The notes under the pieces were generated by a model. The model did no database searches and was not told the origin of the DNA. It saw only the letters and a list, made by a program, of their open reading frames with translations. From Hypanus sabinus (taxonomy: Eukaryota): a DNA stretch of 64,000 nucleotides. Position 1 is the stretch's first letter. Each line of letters opens with the position of its first letter. The stretch is taken from positions 22,196,001 to 22,260,000 of the forward strand of contig NC_082712.1 in NCBI RefSeq assembly GCF_030144855.1, read 5' to 3'. Position numbers and translations under genes: made by a program. Positions 38,728-48,216 of this stretch are shown one piece after another.

Positions 38728-39322
38728 AAACACAAAGTACACTGCAGAAGCTGTGGTCAAATCAACACGTACAAACAAGCTGGAGGAACTCAGCAGGTCA
38801 GGCAGCATCCGTTGAGAGGAGCAGTCAACTTTTCGGGCCGGGAGACCCTTCGTCAGGACTGAAGAAGGAGGGGGCAGGGGCCCTATAAAGAAGTGGGGGG
38901 AGGGGGAAGGTGCAGGTGAAAAACCAATCAGAGGAAAGATCCAGGGGTGGGAGAGGGGAAGCAGGGAGGGGATAGGCCAGAGAGATGAAGAAGCACCAAA
39001 GGGAAAGCACTATAGGTAGTAGAAGAAGGCAGAATCATGAGAGAGGTGATAGGCAGCCAGAAGAGGAGGCAGAGTGAAAGTGTGATAGGGGAAGGGAGAG
39101 GGATGGAATTACTGGAAGTTGGAGAATTCAATGTTCATACCAAGGGGCTGGAGACTACCCAAACGGTATATGAGGTGTTGCTCCTTCAACCTAAGTTTGG
39201 CCTCATCATGACAGAGGAGGAGGCTGTGTATGGACATATCCGAACAGGAACGTGAAGGAGAGTTGAAGTGGATGGCAACCAGGAGATCCTGTCTGTTGTG
39301 GCGGACGGAGTGGAGGTGCTCA
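38728..39322 (-). mobile_element. Penelope-like 3' fragment (younger-looking subfamily)
   Basis: ORF 39109-39345 EHLHSVR..HFNSPS..LKEQHLIYRLGSLQPLGMNIEFSNF; pLTR unit at 38728-38861. Confidence 0.85.
38822..38861 (-). ncRNA. Minimal type I hammerhead ribozyme motif with an intact catalytic core
   Basis: Minus strand: CAGUC-CUGACGA-A-GGGUC(UCCC)GGCCC-GAAA-AGUU-GACUG. CUGANGA and GAAA are intact; stem III has one mismatch. Confidence 0.65.
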
Positions 39323-39329
39323 TCTATTA

Positions 39330-39885
39330 TTCTGCTTTGTCCCATTGACCTGCACCCAGACCATAGCCCTCCATACAGCCCCCAACAATGTACCTATCCA
39401 AATTTCTCTTCAATGCTGAAATCTGACTTACATCCATCAATTGCACTAGCAACTTGTCCCACACTCTCACCACCCTCTGCATGAAGAAGTTCTCCCTCAT
39501 GTTCCTGTTAAACATGTCACCCTTTACCCTTAAGCCATGACTTCTAGTTCTAGTCTCACACAACCACTGCAGGAAAAAAGTTCTAGCATTTAACTGATAA
39601 TTTTGTTAATCAGATCTCCCCTCTCTCTCCTAAACTCTAGGGCAGGGGTCCCCAACCTTTTTTATGTCATAGACCCCTACCATTATCCAAGGGATCTGTG
39701 GAGCCCCGGTTGGGAACCCCTGTTCTAGGGAATAAAGTCCTAACATTTCCCTATAACTCAGGTCCTCAAGTCCTGGAAATGTGCACTCTTTCAATCTTAT
39801 TGATATATTTCCTGTAGTAGATGACCAGAACTGTGCACAATACACTTAAAAGGGTGTCATCAATGTCTTGTACAACTTGACGTTA
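39330..39885 (-). mobile_element. CR1 3' fragment containing a MITE
   Basis: ORF 39327-39563 TRSHGLRVKG..FFMQRVVRVW. Confidence 0.8.
39643..39722. mobile_element. 80 bp hAT (Charlie-like) MITE
   Basis: TIRs caggggtccccaacc / ggttgggaacccctg; 8 bp TSD ctctaggg/ttctaggg. Confidence 0.85.
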
Positions 39886-40913
39886 TGCAGTCAATTGGTT
39901 TGGGTGAAGTCTTGCTCCGGTGCTGATGGGGACTTCACGAGGAAGCCACAAATGAACATTAATTCTGGCTGAATACCACTGTGGATGCTTTTCCTCGGTC
40001 ATGTCACCTCACTTGTGGAATTCAGTTTGATCCTGCAGATTTATAGCAAATGGAAAACAAAGTCTGGAACTGAGTGATTCCAAACTTGGCATCAGTGAGT
40101 AAGTTATAGTTAGGAGCTGCTTAATAACATTATTTATAAATACTTTCAACAACTTACCATTGATTATGCTGATGGAGCAACAATTAACAGAATGAATTTG
40201 CCCTGCTATTTTTTTGTGAAGGACTCAAGCCTTCTTTGTAACACTAATGGAGGGCTTACATTTAGATTCCCCTTAACACTGATAGGTCAGGTTCCAATAA
40301 TCCAATCCTAGGTCCAATCTCTTTAATAAATAACAACATTTGGCAGACATGTGTGCACACAGATGGGAACATAAATGCCAATGTGCATACACACATATAA
40401 GTATACTTCATATGTATGTGCACACCCACATGTTTAAGAATGACAATCTATACATACAAGGGGGATGTCGGGGGTAAGTTTTCACACAGATGGTGGGTGT
40501 GTGAAATGTACTGTGACGGTGGAAGAGGTGGATACAATAGGGTCTTTTAAGAGACTCTTAGTTACATGGAGCTTAGAAAAATAGAGGGGTATGCGGTAGG
40601 GAAATTCTAGGGCAACTTCTAGAGTAGGTTACATGGCTGGCACAACTTTGTGGGCTGAAGGGCCTGCAATATGCTGTAGATTTCTGTTTCTATACCTAAC
40701 TTGCATGGAAGATCACAAGCACAAAAGAAAATGAAGACATACAGTGTACATGTGTATTTATTCATATCACAAATAGATATAGTGAGTAGAGTTTCATAAT
40801 CTCATGTTTGAACTAAATAACAAATGTAATTAATACTTTATATTTTCTTGTGTTTATGTTTTAATATTTTGATGGATTTTAATTTAAAAGTGATTATTTT
40901 TACATAATTCATG

Positions 40914-41200
40914 AACATAGAAAATAGGTGCAAGAGTAGGCCATTCGGCCCTTCAAGCCTGCACCGCCACTCAGTATGATCATGGCTGATCATCCAACTC
41001 AGAACCCTGTACCTGCTTTCTCTCCATACCCCCTGATCCCTTTAGCCACAAGGGCCATATCTAACTCCCTCTTAAATATATCCAATGAACCGGCCTCAAC
41101 TGTTTCCTGTGGCAGAGAATTCCACAGATTCACCACTCTCTGTGTGAAGAAGTTTTTCCTCATCTCGGTCCTAAAAGGCTTCCCCTTTATCCTTAAATAG
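40914..41200 (-). mobile_element. CR1 3' end
   Basis: Tail aacatagaaaatagg..ggccattcggcccttc; the reverse strand encodes FFTQRVVNLWNSLP. Confidence 0.85.
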
Positions 41201-41479
41201 TGACATCCGAATCATGCTGTTAAAATATATACAGCACGTGTGGGTAGAGTTAATTCAAATCTCGGTGGGTCACGTAATATGCATTCAAAAGGCCTTGTGC
41301 ACAACGCTTCAGCAATAACTTGCAGCTAACTTCAGATAGTCTTTGACCTAAACTTCAGTTCTCCCTCCACAGATGCTGTCCGGCCTGCTGAATATTTACA
41401 GCAGCCTGCCACCACCCAGTACCCATTATTAATGACAGCGCTAGTGGTGTTAGATTCTTGTGAACTCTGTAGCCATTTT

Positions 41480-41991
41480 CTTAGGTGCATCTGTACAACT
41501 GCTTATTAATGCAAATATCTAATCAGCCAATCATGCGACAGCAACTCCGTGCATAAAAGCCTGTAGACATGGTCAAGGTGTTCTGTTGTTCAGACCAAAC
41601 ATCAGAATGGGGATGAAATGTGACCTAAGTGACTTTGACTGTGGAATGGTTGTTGTTTCAAGACAGAATGGTGGAGTATCTCAGAAACTGCTGACTTGCT
41701 GGGGTTTTTACAACAGTCTCTAGAGCTTACGAAGAATGGTGCGAGAAACTAAAAACATCCATTCAGCAGCAGTTCTGTGAGTGAAAACACCTCGCTAATG
41801 AGAGAGGTCAGAGGAGAATGGCCAGACTGGTTCAAGCTGACAGAAAGGCAGTAACAACTCAAATAATCATACTTTACAACAGTGTTGTGCAGAAGAGGTC
41901 ACGTCGAACCTTGAAGTAGTTGGGCCACAGCAGCTGAAGGCTACGAACATAGTGGCCACTTTATTAGGTAAAAAAGTGGCCACTAAGTGTA
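41480..41991 (+). mobile_element. Non-autonomous Tc1 derivative (left TIR eroded)
   Basis: Same internal sequence as the copy at 35092; ends agtggccactttattaggtaaaaaagtggccactaagtgTA. Confidence 0.85.
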
Positions 41992-42274
41992 TTTTGAAAG
42001 TATCATAATTTTTAAAACAAATAATAGTGAGTATCTTTAAATAATGCATGAATGTCAGAATCACGCTGTAGAAGGATATGTGTGGGTGGAGGTACTTCAA
42101 ATCCCGGGCAGTCACGTAGTATACATTCAAAAGGCCTTGTGCCACATAAAGCATCAGCAATAACTTGCAGCTAACCTCTGACAGATAGTTTATGACCTGA
42201 AAGAGGAACTGTTTCTTCCTCCACAGATGCTGTTTGGCCTGCTGAATGTTTACAGCACCCTGCTACTGGGTGCC

Positions 42275-42603
42275 AGTAAAGCAGTAGTGTGCAGGCCTCC
42301 GTTAGTCTCGATAGACCATGGATTTGCACATTGGAAAGTTTCCAGGGCACAAGCCTGGGCAAGGTTTTTTTTTAATGGAAGACTGCCAGTTGCCCAGGCT
42401 GCAAGTCTCCCCTCTCCACGCCATCAATGTTATCCAAGGGAAGGGCATTATGACCCATTCAGCTTGGCACTGGTGTCGTCGCAGAGCAATGTGTGGTTAA
42501 GTGCCTTGCTCAAGGACACACACACAAGCCTCAGCCAAGGCTCGAACTAGCAACCTTCAGGTAACTAGACAAATGCCTTAACAACTTGGCCACACGCCAA
42601 CAC
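42275..42603 (-). mobile_element. tRNA-headed SINE with an RTE-like body and tail
   Basis: Minus strand: tggccaagttgttaagg (A box), agttcgagcc (B box), tgtgtccttgagcaaggcacttaacc, then RTE-like sequence. Confidence 0.65.
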
Positions 42604-42929
42604 ATTATACTGTTGTACATTTAGCTAAACGTTGTATATGCACTTTATATCAACTTGTGCATCTACAGAATAATTTCATTATCTATGAATATTATTGTGT
42701 CAATATTACTTTATGTGCTGTATGTTTTACATGTACTGTGTTTTGCACCTTTACGATGTCACCTTTAGCTGTATACAAGCATATGGTTGCAAGGTAATGA
42801 AATTTAACTTGAACTTGATTTACTTGCAGAACTTGCTGCTGGAAGTTTTGCTACAGAGAAGTACACACACCCAGCAGATGGAGGAAGAGGGAAGGCATCA
42901 ATTAATTACAGACAAAATTTCCACGAAGG

Positions 42930-45435
42930 AACAAGTACACAAATTTATTTATTTTATTTATTAAATCGCAAGCATTTTCTTCCTACAGTCAAAAGAAAAA
43001 AAAGCCACTGTCAAGCTGTTGGCACATTCATGTACAAAAACAGATTAATTATACAGCCTGCTACAAAGCATTCTTTGTGAAAATACAAAGACTAGTACCA
43101 GAAAGCCAATAGCATTATTACTGAATACAAGACATCATATCTGAATCAAAGGACATTGATTAAATTGACACAACCTATAGATATCACACAAAAATAACCA
43201 AACACTACATTAAAATATTCTATGAGAGTCACAGCATAAACCTGCTAGCATAAGCACCATGATACTGTACACAATACAGTAAGACAGCCTAATGCTAAAA
43301 TAAACGCTAATCAACTCTCAAGAAGCTATCCCCATACCTAGAGTATAATCATGCCGCGATTAACAGCTACATCAAAGTTCTTATCTAATACATAAAACGC
43401 TTAGAAATGACCAAATTTTGCATGACCGTTACAGTATAAAGCAGATCTCAGTTCCCTTAACTTCATTAGAAATGCACTTACATCAGGAAATAGCTCACCA
43501 TAGTCCACAAGAGGTCCAAAAGTTAGACCAAAAGAAGAAAAAAAACAGACCAGGATTTTACATCCAAAGAACATCAATGGAGATTTTGTTCAGGCTAGGG
43601 TTTCAGGGAGACACCATACTGCAGTATCAATAGGCAATACAGAATAAAATTCAACACACCCATTTTGGTTGAGTTTTGATGGAACGCTCTCAATGACTCT
43701 CACAGTACAAAATTCACAGGTAGCTTTTTTTTAAACCATTTCTCCCTCTTATAAATATTTAACACCAACATTTGTCACTGGTGGCTTGAATACGTTCACA
43801 GCGAAAGGTTTTGTGCTGTTTCCCCAAACGTGACGCGGGAGAAATTTGACTTCGGTCACTTGCATTTAACGTGTACCAGCTGCTAGCTGAGCTTCACATG
43901 TTTAGTGATGGCAACTAAAGCTGAATTTCTCCTCTTATATATTTTGCATGCGAAACTACTTTCACTCAGTGGAGACCATCTGATTAAACTCCCAAAAGCT
44001 TGGCGGTTTGGTCTGACACCGATATTTGGTGTCAGAACAGAAATGAAAGGTAGAGTACCCGAAGTGTTATGTCCTGCCCCCAACCCCACCATTTTGTGTG
44101 AAGTGCTTGGGGAAGGTCCTCACAAAGTTAGATAAAAAGTTCTAAACAAATGGAATATGCAAGTGTGTCCTATAGTAGTAAGCTCCTATGAAACGGGTTT
44201 CACTTGCTTCCTTAGAGTCAGCTAAACACGCAACTTTCCAGGCACACCTTTTTTGACTCTTAATGGCCCATGCATGTATCTCAAAAACCTTCATCCATCA
44301 GTTCAAAAAAAATTCAAAGCCTGATTTTGAGGGGCCATAGGCAGAAAACTTCCCAGAACCCAACATGATCGGAATGGGTGACTGACATTGAGATGAATCC
44401 AATATGAAAATAATGGATTGATTCCTATACTAAGCACCTCTATACATGTTGGCATTTGAACATGAGGTGTGAAACTCATGTCAATGCTGCCCTCATGTAT
44501 TTAGTGTGCTTAGCAGTTGTCCACACCCCCACTTGATTACAACGTTCTGATTGCCTGATAGGAGAACATGCAGACTGATCTGGGTTGGACACCATGATTT
44601 TTATTTATCTTCCCAAAAATGTTGAATGTTTCTATTTCCAGAGGAGGAACAGATAGTAAACCACTGCACCAGAGAAGTAAATAAAACACTTTCCAATTAT
44701 CACCCTTGAAAAGGAACTGTACCCATTGCAACATTTATTTTTTAGTAGATTTTGATCATGCACTGAGAGTCAATCATTATCAATAAAGCAAATTAAATTG
44801 ACATAAACCCAAGGGTTAATGATTAATATTAAACTGTTTGATCAATGAAAGTATCTAAAATTAGATAATATACAAAAACAATCAGTACAGTATGAACATA
44901 ATTATTAGGTTCAGAAATTTATCAATGTAGGTATATCTGAGAGATATCTTGTATTGGACGAACGTCTTGGAAAAATAGACTGGAAATAACCACAGATGAT
45001 GAATAACATCATGCTGGTATCAAATTACTTTCCTTCACGCATCTGCAATAAATGGGAGATCATCTCCATTAAAGTGAGAAGTACTGATGTGAAATGAGTG
45101 TGCAGTGATATTTTCAGCAGAGGTTACTCTGCTTGAATTTGGAGTGTTTACAGAAAAATTACAATATCAAAGTCTTCTTAAAAGAAAATAGAGCAAGAAG
45201 TTACTAGACCTGATTGCATAAAAAAAACTCAATGTATGTGTGAGAGGTGAGGGCTGACCCTTTATCAAACAACATGGCTTTTGCATTTTTGATCGCTGCT
45301 TTTTTAAAAAAAAAGAAACACATAGTTGAGTCGCATAGGAACTTACTGAACCAGTAACAAGGGTCGTAAGTCAATTGTTAAGCTTTAGTCAGACACAAAA
45401 GCAGTAACTGGTGTGAGCAAGGGGGCAGGGGCTCT
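42930..45435 (-). other. gpm6a: gpm6a 3' UTR (about 2.5 kb)
   Basis: Unique AU-rich sequence with no recognisable TE, running from the stop codon to the poly(A) signal cluster. The 3' end is inferred. Confidence 0.75.
42944..42962 (-). terminator. gpm6a: Distal polyadenylation signal cluster (four overlapping AATAAA)
   Basis: Plus-strand tttatt starts at 42944, 42948, 42953 and 42957. A GU/U-rich tract (tttgtgtacttgttccttcgtgg...ttttgtctgt) follows on the minus strand. Confidence 0.75.
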
Positions 45436-45588
45436 TTATGTGTAGGCATTTAGCCGCTCTTTGGAGCGGGTGGAGTGAATGTCATGCAATTCCTGTTCCT
45501 CCTTTGATTTGATGTCCTCGTACTTTTGCATTCTGCAGGCATCCTTCACATAGGCCCAGTTAGCAGAGAGCACCATTAAGTAATGAAC
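45436..45588 (-). CDS. gpm6a: Last coding exon of neuronal membrane glycoprotein M6-a (proteolipid/DM-beta family)
   Basis: Manual minus-strand translation after the acceptor ...cctgtcttgcag gives VHYLMVLSANWAYVKDACRMQKYEDIKSKEEQELHDIHSTRSKERLNAYT-TAA (50 aa + stop, phase 0). This matches the mammalian GPM6A C-terminus as I recall it. Absent from the ORF track because it is under 60 aa. Confidence 0.97.
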   Translation of the reverse strand, partial: VHYLMVLSANWAYVKDACRMQKYEDIKSKEEQELHDIHSTRSKERLNAYT

Positions 45589-45625
45589 CTGCAAGACAGG
45601 AGTGCAAGACCTTCAGTGATCAACT
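45589..45625 (-). promoter_or_regulatory. gpm6a: 3' splice acceptor and polypyrimidine tract of the last gpm6a intron
   Basis: Minus strand reads gatcactgaaggtcttgcactcctgtcttgcAG|GTTCAT, with AG at 45590-45589 in frame with the conserved exon. Confidence 0.9.
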
Positions 45626-45789
45626 AACACAGCGGTCGATACACATGTTTAATAGTGTTGCGTACACACATGCACACACAGACACCCACCAGGTTCAGGA
45701 ATAGCTACAACCATCAAGTTATTGAAATGGCCTGCACAACTTGCATCCTACCTCAGCAACAGAGCAGTGCAATCGTCTAGAATCAGAGA

Positions 45790-46305
45790 GTAATAGAACA
45801 CTACAGCATCCCTTCATACTCCTCCAATCCATGCACCTATCTAAATTACTATTAAATGTTGAAATCAGCACTGCATCCATCACTTGTGCTGGCCGCTCGT
45901 TCCAAACTTTCACCACCCTGAATAAAGGAGTTCCCCCTCATGTTCCCCTTAAACATTTCACCTTTCACCCTTAACCCAAGACCTCTCTTTGTAGTCTCAC
46001 CCAATCTCAGTGGAAAAAGCTGCTTGCATTCACTCGATCTGTAACCCTCATAATTTTGTATGCCTCTGTCAAATCTCTCTTCAATCTTCTATATTATAGG
46101 GAATAATGTCCGAAGTTCTTCGGCCTTTCCCCATAATTCAGTTCCTCAAGTCCCAGCAACATTCTTGTAAATTTTCTCTGCACTCTTTCAATCTTATTTA
46201 CATTTTTCCTGTAGGTAGGTGACCAAAACTGCATGCAGTTCTCCAAATTTGTCTGCACCAATGTCTTCAACAATTTCAAAAAACATCCCAACTCCTGTAC
46301 TCAAT
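45790..46305 (-). mobile_element. CR1 3' fragment (intronic)
   Basis: ORF 46094-46291 NLENCMQFWSPTYRKNVNKIERVQRKFTRML. Confidence 0.85.
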
Positions 46306-47714
46306 TTCTTGCATTGCCATGAACTTGAGTGTATTTATTTTTGCACTAAGGTCTTGCTTTTGCATTTTATCTCCATCTCTCGTTGTTTTGTACCCATCAC
46401 AAGAGCAACCCTCCCCACATCAGGAACATCTTCAAGAGGCAGTGCCTCAAGAATGTGGCACTCTTTTCTAAGGACCCTCACCATCTGAGACATGCCTTCT
46501 TCTCAGTACTATCATCATGGAGGAAGTACAGGAGACTGAAGACCCCTATTCAATGAATAAGTAACAGGTTCTCCCCCTCGCCATCAGGTTTCTGAATGGT
46601 CCATTAACCCATGAACCCTCACTATTCCTATTGTTTTACACTATTTATTTATTTTGTAATTTATAGTCATTTATGTCTTTGCACTGTACTGATGCTGCAA
46701 AACAACAAATTTCACATCATATAATAATAACTGTGATAACAACTCTAATTCTGATTCTCTGAAGCTCATTGTGATTGGTAATTTTCTTGAGTTGGTCAAG
46801 TAAGCCAAACCTGTACTCATATTTATCTCTTCCTCTCTCTTTCCTCCATCTCCTGCTCAATATTTTCTGCTTATTGTTGACTTTCTGGGGTCAGGAAGAC
46901 CCTCAAAGCAAGCAGGTCATAACTCACGCACCCAACTGTAGGCAGGTGTCAAGGTTCAAAGTTTAAAGTTCAAAGTAAATTTATTATCAAAGTATGTTCA
47001 TCTTACCATAGGAGTACTCACAAAATGCTGGAGGATCCCAGCTGGTCAGGCAGCATCCATGGAAATGAAGAAAAAGTTGATGTTTCAGGCTGAGACACTT
47101 CTCCAGGACTCACTTTCGTTAGATCACCATATACCACCCTAAGATTACCCTGAGTTAACTACCTTGGTAGTTTTCTTCTAAACTAGAATATTTAATTTGG
47201 GCATCTAGCTCATTTCTGACAACAAATAGTTAATTCAAAGATCTGTGCAGCACAATCCACAACACTTGATCAATTCTGCTCCACTCTGCCAAGATCCGCC
47301 CTATCAATAACGTCTGTGAGAATTTCAGGCTGTGCCTTTCCGGCTGATGAAGACATCGGCAAAGTCAGCACAAACAAGTCTCAGTGTGAAAGGCCGGTGG
47401 CCTCTTCACAAACTACAATCTCCTGGCAGATCCTAATGCTTTTGCAAGTTTTATTGATTATATACTAAAACCTTCTTATCTGCAACGGAAGCATTTCTGC
47501 CACTCGACACTGGAACAACAGCGCAGCGGGAATCCTGAAAGAATACTGCACATGACCACAGATGCCAATTTTCAGATTCTCGCTGATCCCTCACTGAAGC
47601 TATGGCACTTGAATGGGAAATCAGAAAAAAAACATTTGTCTTGGTTTTTTGACATTCCTTTGTTATACATGCTGAGTAAAAATCTTATGGGTACTTCATG
47701 TGCATAAATCACTT

Positions 47715-48110
47715 GGGTATCTCCAAACTGATGGTGTGAGTATTGATTTCTTCTTCTGGTAAACAAATCCCCCCCTCCCCCCCACTCCTCTATTCCCCAC
47801 TCTGATTTTTCACTTCTTCTCACCTACCTATTACTTCCGTCCTTCTTTCCTTTCTCCTACTGTCAACTCTCCTCTCCTCTCCTCTCCTCTCAGAGTCTTT
47901 CTTCTCCAGCCCCTTGACCTTCCCCACTCACATGGCTTCACCTATCACCTTCCAGCTAGTTTCCCAAACCTCCCCCCACCTTTTTATTTTGATATCTTCC
48001 CTCTTCCTTCTCAATCCTGAAGAAAGGTCTCGGCCCAAAGCATCGACTGTTCACTCTTTTCCATCAATGCTGCCTGACCTGCTGAGCTCCTCCAGTGTTC
48101 TGTGTGTGCT
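47715..48110 (+). mobile_element. Penelope-like 3' end with a pLTR unit
   Basis: gggtatctccaaactgatggtgtgagtattgatttc, a pyrimidine tract, then cctgaagaaaggtctcggcccaaagcatcgactg. Confidence 0.75.
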
Positions 48111-48202
48111 GCATAAATCTTATTTATATATTCTGTTTCATGTGGGAGGACAGTCCACTGAATAGGATTCAGGTTCAATATAAGTTCTTTATATCTGTTG
48201 CT

Positions 48203-48216
48203 GTCACCATAGCAAC
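48203..48216. promoter_or_regulatory. Candidate RFX X-box
   Basis: GTCACCATAGCAAC fits GTNRCC-N(0-3)-RGYAAC and lies in unique intronic sequence. Confidence 0.3.

Noticed and set aside
1-42900. Exons of a neighbouring gene downstream of gpm6a
   Set aside because: None recognised by eye. Short exons cannot be excluded without a spliced alignment.
42930-45435. miR-124 or miR-133 sites expected from rodent Gpm6a regulation
   Set aside because: No 7-mer GTGCCTT, TGCCTTA or GGACCAA found by eye on the mRNA strand.
45430-45438. Stop-codon readthrough, as seen in myelin P0
   Set aside because: The stop context is TAA-A, not a leaky TGA-C motif.
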